From the human T2T-CHM13v2.0 reference genome, Homo sapiens: DNA of 64,000 bases. This document shows, in pieces, positions 46,621 through 61,290 of this stretch (position 1 is the first letter of the stretch; each line of letters starts with the position of its first letter). Under the pieces are notes generated by a model, which saw nothing but the letters and a program-made list of their open reading frames with translations, searched no databases and was not told the DNA's origin. A program made the translations under genes and the position numbers. The stretch lies in assembly GCA_009914755.4 (NCBI GenBank), contig CP068257.2, positions 22,176,001 through 22,240,000 of the forward strand, in the 5' to 3' direction.

Positions 46621-49025
46621 CTCCAACTATTCCCTTTCTGCTGTGTACTGACAGTTTGTGTCTCATCAAAATTCAAATGTTGAAGCCCTGATTCCCAACA
46701 TGATGGTATTAGAGAGTGGGGCCTGTGGGAAATACTTAAGTCATGAGAGTGGAACCCTATTGATGGGATCAGTTCCCCCTAACAAGAGATGCCAGAGAGC
46801 TTGTTTCCATGTTCTCTGCCCTCTGTCATATGAGGATACAATCAGAAGATTGCTATCTGCAAACTAGGAAGAGTGCTCTCCTTAGACATTTGATTTGCTG
46901 GCACCTTAATCTTAGCCTTTTCAGCCTCCAGACCTGTGAGAAACCACTGTTTGTGGTTTAAGCCATCCAGTCTAGGGCAACAGAGACCTCCTTCTATCCT
47001 AACTGAGCAATTAGACTTAATAATCTTGAAACTCACTCACTACGTGACTAATGTACCTTGTCTATTCAGTGTATTTCCCATTAGATTTGTTCATATCACT
47101 GTCCCCTCTTTAAGTATTATGAACCTAAGAAAAAAATATTTTTGTATGGAAATACAAACTGTGTGATTTATGAAATTATATTTTGACATTTTCCTTATTG
47201 TAATCATACAAAACAGTATATACCTAATGTGTGAACCGGCTGTAACTGGGTAGTTAAGCAGGTCACAAATAAAAAATAGTAAAAATAGCTCCTAAATCCA
47301 AATTTTCAGAAAGAAGGGAGACCACATAATTGCATTCAAATGAAAGTTTAAATGGACATTTTAGTGTGTTGTTCATGAATTTTGGTTACAAGGAGCAATG
47401 TAGACACACATTGATTCTTTAAAAGATGGAACCATAGAGGATAAGAAAGAAGGCCGTGGAACACAATGGTAACCCACTCATTTCAAATAGGTGATGGAAA
47501 GATGAATTATTCATTTAATAGTGTTAGAAGAATTGGAAAGCCATCTGGAAGAAAATCATTTTGTGTTTTAATTTGCACCAAAATAATTTTAGATTGACAA
47601 GTTATCTATATTATATTTGCAAAAAAAAGGAGAAATCTTTAAAGTACAAGAACAAAGATTGAGGATTATTTATTAAAATGTCAGAGTAGGTAGCACTTCA
47701 AAAAGCAAAATTAAAAGCTGTAAAAAAAAGACTACACTTAAATAATTTTATCACAAAGGCAAAAGACCAACAACAAATGGGGTAAAATATTTTTACCTAA
47801 TATATCAAAAAGACTTGTAGTTTATTTAACACATAAAGAACACCTTCATACAAATAACGAAATCTTAATATATATACACAGACAGTTCATCAAAAATAAA
47901 ATGCAAATTTTTAAAAAAATACGTATAATTTCACATATGTGTTTCAAATAAAATTGATTTTTACCTCGTACATTGCAAACATCAGAAATAGTTTGATAAT
48001 TTTTGAGCAGTTGTGGAGAGTCGGGGCGTAGGTATGTAGATAGGGAAAATAGAAATTTCTGTAAGCTGCTGAAGATAATGTAAATTGGCTTGACCACTGT
48101 GAGAAGCAATTTGACAATATTTGCCTGGGAATTCAATGCAATGTTATACCCTCATCTATATTATAATATAATCTTACACCCTCATCTATATTTTGAAAAA
48201 TGACATTTTGTTATTTTTGTAGTATCTCTCATGGCTGTTACTAGTGGGGATGAGATGTCACAGAGACTCTTTGCTTACATTTCTGACCCTATCATCTACA
48301 CCTGCTCAGAAAACATTTGAAAATCCGCTGTCTTTGGAGTCAGAAAATATGTTTAATTTCTAGAACAAGTAAATAATACTCTCTTCACTTTATTTTTTTC
48401 ATCTTAAAATTTAGAACATTACAATTTTTCACATTACTGCTGTATTAAGATAAAATATATAAATTGGTATGTAGTATTCTTCATATTTACCTAATAATTC
48501 ATTTTTTATTCATTCATTCACCAAAGCATTTTCAACATGAAGATCCAGCTAATGCTCATTATCGTTCGTCATGAAATAGAATAATCTCTACACTTGAAAT
48601 AAAAGAATTCAATACAAAATCTTAAATATTACTTCTCAATTTCATAATGTATGACTGTACTAGAGTTCCTAAAGGTTGGCATTCAGGATTTCATGCAATG
48701 ATAGCAATGTAGTAGAGTTTTTATTATAATCCCTGAGACGTTATTGGCATTTTGTAGGCAGGAGCCAGAGGTGCTGATTTTCATTCAGTGTGTGGGGTCA
48801 GAACCAACCAATGAAGATTTATTGCATTGAACGTGCTAATAGTACACATGTTGAAACATGCCTATAGACAGACCATTTCAACTGAAAAATGTAAAAGATA
48901 TATATTATCCAGAGATGTTAAGGAATTTGTCCAGGTCACCTACTGAGTCAATTGCGTACTCCAAGATGAGAATCTGATGTTCTTGTCCAGCTCATGAATG
49001 TTCAAAAAAACTGTTTTATTAATCG

Positions 49026-49140
49026 TTTTCCTCCCTCCCTCCCTCCCTCTCTCCCTCCCTCCCTCCCTTCCTTCTTTCCTTCCTTCCTTCCTTCTTTCCT
49101 TCCTTCCTTCCTCTTTCCTTCTTTCCTTCCCTCTTTCCCT
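49026..49140. repeat. 115-bp pure polypyrimidine tract on the + strand, (CCCT)n grading into (CCTT)n/(CTTT)n
   Basis: ttttcctccctccctccctccctctctccctccctccctcccttccttctttccttcc...ctctttccct contains no purine across 115 consecutive bases. Confidence 0.95.
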
Positions 49141-49317
49141 ATCTCTCTGCTTTCCTGTCTCATTTTTAACTCCTCAATTTCTTATTTTCTTTCATTTTTT
49201 TCTTCCTTCTTCTCTCGAATTTCAAATTTATATCGTACAAAAACACAAAAACACTTTTCTTTCATTTAGCAAACATAAAAGATACCTTTCATTTATTTAG
49301 AAAGAAAGAAATGAGGA

Positions 49318-50081
<764 letters not shown>

Positions 50082-50965
50082 GAAAGAAATTGCTCTGAGA
50101 GGCTGATTGTAGTCCTGTACTTCACCTTTTCCAATCTTCTGCTTCCTCACAGGTTTATCTCTCCATCCTCCTAAATTCAGTTGCTTATTCCCCAGAATAC
50201 ATGATAGGACATCTGTGGTGGCTTCTTCTGAGATTTATTTAGCCAGACTTTCATTAAAATAGCAACTGAATTGACTCAATAAAATGTTGCTTATCTTAAT
50301 AAAGCTCTTTAGAGCTTTGCAAATTTGCATTTAATACTCTTTAGTGTCATTATGGCATTAATAATCTGTGCCCAAAGAGCAATAAAAAAAAACTTTATAC
50401 TTTGTATTTAATAGAGGTAGCTTCATAACCCTTCATTTTCACGCAACTTGGGCTTTTAAATTACCAGACAGAAAAAGGCAGAATATTCATAGGCAAAATG
50501 TGGTCAAGTCTCAACGATAATACTACTTAGGCTGAATGAATCTGAGGCTTCTAGGATATCAGCCTCCTTATATTACCCAATTGAAGAAAATAATCCATAT
50601 CCATTTTTGCAAGCTTGTAACATGCACATCAACATCTCTTTAAGAAGAAATTGCTTTAGAGTCTCTTGAAATATTCTCATTGCTCTTAAGAATGAGATAG
50701 GAAGAGAGCAAAGAGAAGTAGGGATGAAGCTGTAAGTAAATGAGATGATATATTGGCTGATGCTTTAAGATAAGTCTTTCAAACCCATATGCTTAAATAA
50801 ATTATTAAATGGAATAAGAAAATGTTATGACTGACTTTGGCACCTTGCTCCCATCTCTTTACATCTAGTTTCTCCTGGCAGATTCTATTTGCATTTGTAG
50901 CATAAGTGAAAATGAAAGAAATATTGAGAAATATTTCAAATCTAGATTTCAAATAGCCACAGTTT

Positions 50966-52995
50966 GGTGACAAAACTCTCTCTTTGACCCAGCTGTAGCC
51001 AGGCTCCTCTAAGCACACTTACAGAGTAGGCCTTGACCTTAGCCGCCTATCCTTGTCTGATATGCATAGTCCAGTCTTAGCAAGGTTCTCCTTAGTTTAG
51101 AAAGAATCCCTGACCTCTGATACCGGATGACTCTCCATATCTGATCAGGTTTCTCATCTCCCATCTTTGTTGTCTATGTCTTTGGCCTGCCCTTCAGCAA
51201 GAATCCAATTAAGTTGGTTTAGCAAGAATTCCTCTATCTTTGATGCCTCCTCTTAGCAATTTTCCATCCACTGACCTTCTCACTCTCCTCTTTAGCTATA
51301 AATCTCCAGCTATCTTTACCACAGTCAAAGTTGACCCCCATTTCTTTCCCCGATAGCAGTAGTCTTGAATAAACCCTTCTTTACTGTTTTAATTACTGTC
51401 TGAATAATTTTTGGCTTCCCCATTTCCAGAAGCAACTGTGTTAAGGCAAATATGTAGTTATTTAGATGTACTGAGCAGACCAATATGGTGGCCAAGAACG
51501 CTGATGCAGGATGTCTTATATATGCACAGTCTTAAAGTTGTTTTACAGTGTAGCCAAAAAACAATTCCAGGAAATATTTGTTACTTTCCTGGGCTGTAGA
51601 ATACAGTATAGTGGGAAAGTCCTTTACATCGCCTAGAGTTTAAAGTCCATTTAGATGAAAATCAAGGTGTGTGTTTAGAAACAGGAGGGAATGCTTAGAA
51701 AGCTCCAGAAATGACACAACCCCCAGACTCTGCATTTGTTAAGTGTGTCATGTATGTTGCAACACAGGTTTTCCCTGGACTGCACTTGAAACAGCCACCA
51801 TCTCAGGTTTGCTATGAGATCAAGGTGGATTTTTCCAAATGAAAGATGTCTAATGAAAATGGAGATAAACCCTTGTAGCCACACTTCTTAACACCTACAG
51901 AATACCATCTCCAGCAAATCAACCAGAAGCATCTGCCAGTAAAACAACAGAGACGTGAGAAAAACAAAAAAAGACTCAAAAAACAAATTTGAAGGCAAAT
52001 ACCTCAAATTTGGACCAGGACAATAAAAGAACATGCTTTTTACATGCAAAAAAAATAAATAAAAATAAGGCCAATGTACATGGAGATGTGCACAGCAAGG
52101 GTGTGAGCTGAAGGAAAACAATCTTGACATTAAGCAGGAGTGTGAGTGAAGAACACGTCTATGGACTGACTATAAGGCAGCAAAGGCTGAAACAGGTTCA
52201 AGTTCCCACTGTGGGAGAGCTCCCTGACAGAGGAAAGGCAGTTTCTGGTGTTCCACGGAAGAAGGAAGAAAACAAAACCCTCCTTGAAGCAGGATGGCAG
52301 GAGCCAGTGACGAAAATCAGAATAACTTGCAGCAATATTTTTTTTCTTTTTCCTTTTTTAAAATAGCCGCTCTAAAGCAACTTTTCTGACAAGCAGTGTA
52401 CGGAAGGGCATAGAAGAGGATTAAATATTTTCTAGACCAGTATCAATTCAGTTAGATACAAGTTGAGAAAAATGTGATGCTTTGACCCACATGGTAATGT
52501 TTATTTTGCACTATTAATTTTTGCACTATTAAAGCATTTACTTATATTGTAATACTTGGCGACAAAACTCTCTCTTTGACCCAGCTGTAGCCAGGCTCCT
52601 CTAAGCACACTTACAGAGTAGGCCTTGACCTTAGCCGCCCATCCTTGCCTGATGTGCATAGTCCAGTCTTAGCAAGAGTTCTCCTTAGTTTAGAAAGAAT
52701 CCCTGACCTCTGATACCGGATGACTCTCCATATCTGATCAGGTTTCTCATCTCCCATCTTTGTTTTCTGTGTCTTTGGCCTGCCCTTCAGCAAGAATCCA
52801 ATTAAGTTGGTTTAGCAAGAATTCCTCTATCTTTGATGCCTCCTCTTAGCAACTTTCCAACCACCGACCTTCTCACTCTCCTCTTTAGCTATAAATCTCC
52901 AGCTATCTTTGCTACAGTCAAAGTTGACCCCCATTTCTTTCCCCGATAGCAGTAGTCTTGAATAAACCCTTCTTTACTGTTTTAATTACTGTCTG
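50966..52995 (+). mobile_element. LTR retrotransposon-like element of unidentified family: two direct LTR-like repeats of about 440 bp (50966-51404 and 52556-52995) flanking an internal region of about 1.15 kb (51405-52555) with no ORF
   Basis: The two repeats align end to end (tgg(t/c)gacaaaactctctctttgacccagctgtagccaggctcc ... tcttgaataaacccttctttactgttttaattactgtctgaataa) with about 12 differences in about 440 bp, roughly 97% identity. Each carries TATAAA (agctataaatctcc) about 75 bp upstream of AATAAA (cttgaataaaccc). Flanks outside the repeats are unrelated. A diverged copy of the internal/3' LTR junction (about 80% identity) occurs at 60887-61010. Confidence 0.5.
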
Positions 52996-53040
52996 AATAA
53001 ATTTTGTCTTTAACATTGACCCTATTTATATTTCTAGTGA

Positions 53041-53442
<402 letters not shown>

Positions 53443-55270
53443 CCATTTTCCTCATTCTTAATGAGAGTGTTTATTGCAGTTGTGATGACTCTTTTCTATA
53501 TGTGTATACTAGGCATGTGAGGGTAGAAGGTGGTGAGGGGGATATGGCTAGAGAGAAAATACAACCTTTTTATTTGTTGGCTCCACAGAATAAAATAAGT
53601 TGTGTGGAGACTACCATAATACCCTAGATTTAGACCCTAGTGCTGTAACTGAATTGGGTTTTTCTTGGGGGGTGAAGGGAGGTGAATAGAAAGGAATTTG
53701 CTTTTCACATGTAAAGGAGACTACATTGAACATTTGAGACCAGAAGACTAGACTTGTGGTAGTCTACACAGATTGCATTTTGGGTGTAAATTCCGAATTC
53801 CCATCGCTGGGGAATAATTGTACTTTTCTCCTTGCTGGCCCCAGTTCTGGCTGTATGTCTTGTTTTGCCTGGGGAATGGTGAGCAAAAATGATATGTACC
53901 ACCTCTGCCAGATGGTGAAGAGCCAGTATGTAGCTTGCCATGACTTTCCTTCGCTGGCTATAGTGTATGGAAGGAGGTATATTGATGGAGCTCAGGGCAC
54001 ACTGCTCCAAATTACAGCACCTTGGCATTTAAGAAAACAGCAGAAGCAGGAAGGTTACTTTCACTTTTCTTCCCTGAAGGAGGGCATAAGCTTAGGAAAG
54101 ATTTTCTGACATTCCCCTAAAGAGTGCCATGAGACCCTTATGCCAAAGGGCTTTCCCTATACCGGGAGGAAAGGAACATCCTTATCTATGAAGTCACAGG
54201 ATCAAAGAGAAGAATCTAAACAAACAGGCCACTTCATAAACCTAGCATAAAAATAAGCAAATTTAACTTTTTCTTCTGGTCTTCATTTCCTTAGGGAGGC
54301 TTCCATGTCATACAAAACTTATATTAAATAAATGTATATGCTTGTATCCTGTCAATCTTGTCTTTTGCTGAAGAAGTCTCGGCCATGAAACTAGCATGAA
54401 TGAGAAAAATATATTTTTCTTCCCCTAGATTATCAAAGTTAGATGTCTATCAATAATATCTCTGAACAACAATGATAAGCAGAGGGCCTTGCTGGACCTA
54501 GTTAAACATGCTTCACGTGCAAAGAATAAACCTTGTCTTATAAACCAATTGGATTTGGGGGTTGTTTGTAATGCAACAAAATCTCTTACATCCTATATGA
54601 TCCAGAAAGAAAATATAGATAATTCACCATCAAATAGAATGCCTTAGAGGTTTGAGAAAAGATAATCAGAGTATAAAATGACAGTAAATATAAAATAAAT
54701 GTACATAGCCTACTCCTTAATCTTTTTGTTCAATATCCAAACCTTTCCTCATAATATTGGTGTGTGGATAAATTTAAAAAAGAATACCATTCAAAACTGA
54801 CAGCTTATCAGGATCATGCTATCCTAGCATCAGGTCGTCTGGACTTTAGAGACCAAAATATTAATAATGGAATTCTGGATATCAGATAATTCTAATCAGT
54901 GAATTAGTGATGAAGACAGTGAATTAATCACGAAAAATATTCAATCAATGTCATTAGAGTTTAGGTTGAGAGGTAAAAAGTACTTAAAAGAGAATGCCAG
55001 AGTTGAAATGGAGCAAGTTAATTAATAAATAATAATGATACATCAATAAATAGGAATCCCCAATGCCAATCTTTCTCATGGTAAGAATGGTCAAGATCCA
55101 TGGGTCTATAATATGTGTGGCCAGAACATCATGGAGAGTTCTTGCTGAAGGTTGTGCAAAAGATTATTGGGCCTTATGTGGAGGTCTCCTATTAATAATT
55201 TTAGGAAATGTCACAAGTACTGGAAGACAACATCCAAATATTCATTACATTGAGCTTAAGAACTCTCACT

Positions 55271-55602
<332 letters not shown>

Positions 55603-57419
55603 TAACAGAAAGTTTTACTCTCTGCATCCAAGGGAGGACAGTTATCTGCTCTTGAGGCCGAGAGAGTAAAGAAAAGAAAGTAACATGAGCAAGTCTAACT
55701 CTTCATGCAATTGAGCATAGCAAAAATAACATGTTTGGGTGCTTAAAAGCCCTGATTTTGAATTCATGCTCCAAAACTGTCAACAAATATGCTGAGCTTT
55801 ACAAAAAAAAAAAAAAAAAAAAAGCTATTCAAGATCCCTTCTTTGAAAATTTAGAAATGCTTTATGCTTCTTTTGTAACTAGTTAAGACACGCTTGCGTA
55901 TTATTTTGTTATAGTTTCTATTTTCTGAGATTACATTTAAAAAAATAGTGTGAAGGAAGGGTGTGCATCCTTGATAGAACAGTAGATGTAAAGATGCATT
56001 CAATTCCTGAGTAGCTATGGAAAAAAACCCAGGCATGTACTTGTCAAGGCAAGAGTTCTAAAGTATTTTGTTTTATTTACCCAATCTCTTAAAACTAAGA
56101 AGTAATTGTCTTTTAGGAAATACTTTTATTCTTCAATTAAATAACAATAATAGCTGTATGGAGACAGAAGCAACATTTCGTCATTGAGATTAAGAGTTGC
56201 ATATAGGGTATTTAGTTTGTTTCCACACAATTCAAGTGAAGTCTGTGAATATGTCTTGGTGTAGGCAAAATGATTTTTCTGTTGAAATAAAGGCTTTTCT
56301 TCTCTGATGAACATAGATTTGTGCAGAGCCAGGTACCTGCAGATTCCCAGTTACATAATGAAAATGTGAGTGAAAGGCAGGCTGGTGTTCTGGCTTTTGT
56401 TTCATTCCCTGAACTAAATATATCTCTGAAATTATCAACATCTATTTGTACTTATATAATAAAAAATAAAAATTATGCTCTTCTCACCTTCTCAGAAACT
56501 AGAGTGATTGTAATTCATAGTACATATAAATGCATAGTACTGTGTACACATGTAATATATATAAAAAGCTGAAACGTACAAAAGATCTTCATCTGTCTCG
56601 CTTATACTCACCTGAAATTGAGCTAAAATTAAGGCAAAAGATTGATACAAATATCTATTCACAAAGGCTTGAGTTTTTATAAAAGTTTCAATTCCACTCA
56701 CTGAAATAGTTTATCTATATGTACACTGGCCAAATCATAAAATCTTATTCCAGAAGCATAATGAGCAAAACCTGAAGATCAAAAATGGATACAGATAATT
56801 CTCAAAGAAAGCCAGCAGAGAATATTCATTCTCAGTAGTCTCCACTGAGGCTAGTGTGAACAGAACAACTGTGGAATTAACACTAATACAAATGGAATCA
56901 GTCTATTTATAGAGACTGATAAAAACTTCAGCCGAATTAAATTTAAAGGAGTTTAATTGAGTAATGAACGATTCACAAATCAGGCAGACCCAGAATCGCA
57001 GCAGTTTACAGAGACTCCAGCACAGCCACGTGGTGGAAGATCTATAGACAAAAGCGGAAAATGACATACAGAAATCAGAAGTGAAGTTCAGAAACAGCTG
57101 GATTGGTTACACCTGGCGTTTGCCTTATTTGAGCAGTTTGGACACTCAGCAGTGTATGAGCGGTTGAAGTACGGCCACCGGGATTGGCCAAGACTCAGCT
57201 ATTGTTACAGGTGCATACTCCTAACTAACATTTTCAATTCTGTCTACCAATTAAGCTAGGTCGCAGTTCGTCCACAAGGACTCAAATATGGAAGTACAGA
57301 GTCCTTCTCGGGCCATATTTAGTTTGCTTTAACAAGACTATTTATAGAGCACTATATAACACGTCCAGCAATCAATAGACTGTTTGGTTTTATTTCTATA
57401 GAATGTTTTATTGCCTGAA

Positions 57420-57735
57420 TTATTCCCCCCACCACAACCTGGAACTCCTATGCTGAAGTCTTAATTCCCGGTAACCCAGAGTGTGCTTGTATTTGGAGAT
57501 GGGATCTTTAAAGTGGTAAGTGAGGGAAAATGAAGTCATATGTGTGTGGGCTAATTCAAATGTGACCCTTGTCCTTTTAGGAACAAGAGATTAGGACGCA
57601 GACAACACAGACTTAAGAGGTGATCATGTGAGGATACAGCAATAAGATGACCATCTATAAGCCAAAGATAGGCCTCAGAATGAAATCAACCCTGTTGACA
57701 CCTGAATCTCCAGAACTGTGAGAAATAAATTTTCA
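57420..57735 (+). mobile_element. MaLR-type ancient LTR fragment (3' portion)
   Basis: Recalled consensus blocks: gtatttggagatgggatctttaaagtggtaagtgagggaaaatgaagtcat, ttaggaacaagagattaggacgcagacaacacag, catgtgaggatacagcaataagatgaccatctataagccaaag, cctgaatctccagaactgtgagaaataaattttc. An Alu abuts its end. Confidence 0.45.
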
Positions 57736-57736
57736 T

Positions 57737-58015
<279 letters not shown>

Positions 58016-58017
58016 AA

Positions 58018-58108
58018 ATGAAAGGAAACGAAAGGAAAGGAGAGGAGGGGAGAGGAGAGGAGAGGGGAGGGGAGGGGAGGGGAGGGGAGGGGAGGGGAAA
58101 GGAAAGTT
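58018..58108. repeat. Purine-rich (GGA)n/(GGGGAG)n repeat with about 8 tandem ggggag units
   Basis: aaaggaaacgaaaggaaaggagaggaggggagaggagaggagaggggaggggaggggaggggaggggaggggaggggaaaggaaag. Confidence 0.95.
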
Positions 58109-58875
58109 GTTTAAACCACTGGTCTGAGGTCCTTTGTTATGGAGTTGCTAACCCTCTCACACAAAAGGGAGTTTCTTATCTTTTCTCAACTTTCACAGTA
58201 AAATCTTCATATCCACCATTCCTGGGAACACTTGAATAACAATGTTTGAATGAGGTGAAGTATTTGTATTGATTTTGGTATGTTTTTTGTTTATATCTAA
58301 TATATATGGCATTTTAGAAAACATTTCTTAAAGTTAAGTATTTCAATAATGAAGACATTTCAGTATAACTTGTTGAATGTTGTGACAAGTCAGAACGTCA
58401 CTTGGTTAACAGCTGTGGTAGATTGCAAAGTCAGGCATAGTCTTGCATCCCTTCTTGAATTCACTCTGTGTTTCCTTCCACTAAGAGATGGAATCTGTAC
58501 TTCACATTTGCATCTGGGCAGGTCTGTGACTTGCCTTGTCAGAAAAAGTACAGCAGAGATAAGAGTGTGTCGGTTCCCAACATAAACTTTCAGAAGCCCT
58601 CTGCACTTCTCTCTTTGGCATGAAAGTTGTCCTCTCCATGAGCGAAAACCTGGATGATGAGACATGTGGCTTAGTCATCCTCTTTACATGAGCCAACCAA
58701 CTGCCAAGTGCCACCGACCTGAATTAAGCTATGTTGACTTTCCAGTTCCCTCCCCATCCATGAACTGAATGCAGACAAAAATGAGAAAGCCCAGCTAAGA
58801 TTGCACAAACCTCATCTAGCTCAGAAGAAATATCCAGCAAGCCGGTGGACTTCTGAGCATTAATAAATGACTTTT

Positions 58876-59217
<342 letters not shown>

Positions 59218-59613
59218 CTAGCCACTGAGTCCTAGGGTATTTTGTTACATGGTATAGGTAGCTATTACTGGAGCCAGTTATGCTTTTTATCTGGCATTTC
59301 TTTTGCTTTGTTACACTTTTGGGTAGATTTTTATTGTCATCTACTTAAGCTCCTTTATTTTAATGTAATCTAAAAGTCATTATATCCACTTATCTAAAGT
59401 TATTTCTATAGCATGACTTAGAATATGTTACTTTAAGTGTATACTAATCCCTTGTTAAAGATGACAGAAATTCCACTCCATCAACGGACCTTTTCTATGT
59501 AATCAATTAATCTCCTTTAGCTAAAAGTACACATAGGCACACACATACACACATATCAAAAATAGAAGTTAAATTATTTATTATTTAGCAATATTTAGAA
59601 AACGAACTACTGA

Positions 59614-59956
<343 letters not shown>

Positions 59957-60699
59957 CGGGTTATAGATCTTTATGGGTTATTTTTTTCACTACTAGTTTA
60001 AAACCAAGAATCTCTTTAATCATGTTACTATGCACTGTAATTCCTCCCAGAGTTTATTATGCATACTTGAAGCTCAACCGATGTTTGCTTCCTGGATGAA
60101 TTAATTTGAAAGGAAATGTGAAAAGTACTCTGATTTCTCATTTAGTTTTATCCTCCACGTAAATCATCAGGACTATGAATGCAGTTTGAATTTAATCATG
60201 AATCTTCCTTGAATGTATAAATACATGAAAGCTGATGACATGCCCAAGAAACAAGCAGATAAGAACTATGGACCCTTATTTATAAATGATCTTTCTAATG
60301 TAGAAGATAGTGGAGGTATCACCCTTCCCAAAGCTCACTACTACTTTGGGTTTGCTTGAAACACAAAGCTTATCAATGGTCAACTAGTCAGGTCCCCAGT
60401 CAATATGATCCAGCCTCCTATTAATAAGCTATTTGGATCCCTAAGGTTGAGGTTCCTCTGTCGTAGATTTGATATACTTTATTTCTGTAGAGCTGTGGAA
60501 GTACAAGCCTGGAAATTTCTAATACTGTCTTATTACTATCTCCATGCAACTTAACATTTAGATTTATCCCCCCTTAGAACTTTTCTGCACTCATCCTCCA
60601 GTTCATCACTACATGCACTTCCTTAGCTGTGCCCTGACACTGCCTAGTATTTGAAGCTGTCTCCACTGTTACACTCAATATGTTCTTTTCAATTATTAG

Positions 60700-61290
60700 T
60701 CACTGGCTGTATTTGCTAGGGCTGCTCTAAGCACGTACCACAGAGTTCGTTGCTTTAAAAACAGCAATTTATTGAAGCTAGAACTCCAAAATCAAGGTGT
60801 TGGCAGGGTTTGTCCCTTCTATGGCCTGCAATGGGAGGGTCAGCCCCAAACTTTGTTCCTTCATTTGTGGATGGTCATCTTAACATTTATTTTGCACTAA
60901 CAATCTTTGCACTATTAAAACATTTACTTATATTGTACTATTTACTTAGTGACAAAGGCTCCCTCTCTTTAACCAAACATTAGCCATGCTCCTCTCTATG
61001 TTATATATTAGCCACATCTTCTCTCTATGTCTCTCTGTGGTCATCTTCTCTCTATGTCTTTACATCATCTCCCTATGTGTGGTTTGATATCTATATTCCC
61101 CCTTTTTATAAGGACACCAGTCATGTTAGATTAGGGTCCACATTAGCGACCTCACTTTAATTCGATTATCTCGGTGTCTTTACAAGACACTGTCTCCACA
61201 TAAGGTCATACTCTGAGGTATTGAGGGTTAGGACTTCAACATATGATTTTTAGGAGGGTAAAATTCAGCCCATAACACCGATTATAATTT
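60700..61290 (+). mobile_element. MaLR-type (MLT1-like) ancient LTR with an embedded segment of about 130 bp (60887-61010) homologous to the internal/LTR junction of the element at 52497-52600
   Basis: 5' blocks: gctgctctaagcacgtaccacagagttcgttgctttaaaaacagcaatttattg, ctagaactccaaaatcaaggtgttggcaggg. 3' blocks: tataaggacaccagtcatgttagattagggtccacattagcgacctcactttaattc, ctgtctccacataaggtcatactctgaggtattgagggttaggacttcaacatatgatttttaggagggtaaaattcagcccataaca. Confidence 0.4.

Noticed and set aside
53705-54109. Overlapping 107-aa and 117-aa ORFs on opposite strands in unique sequence
   Set aside because: There is no homology I can recognise. The two ORFs overlap on opposite strands, the GC content is ordinary and there is no CpG, splice-site or poly(A) context. 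This fits chance ORFs. It would need tblastn and PhyloCSF to exclude fully.
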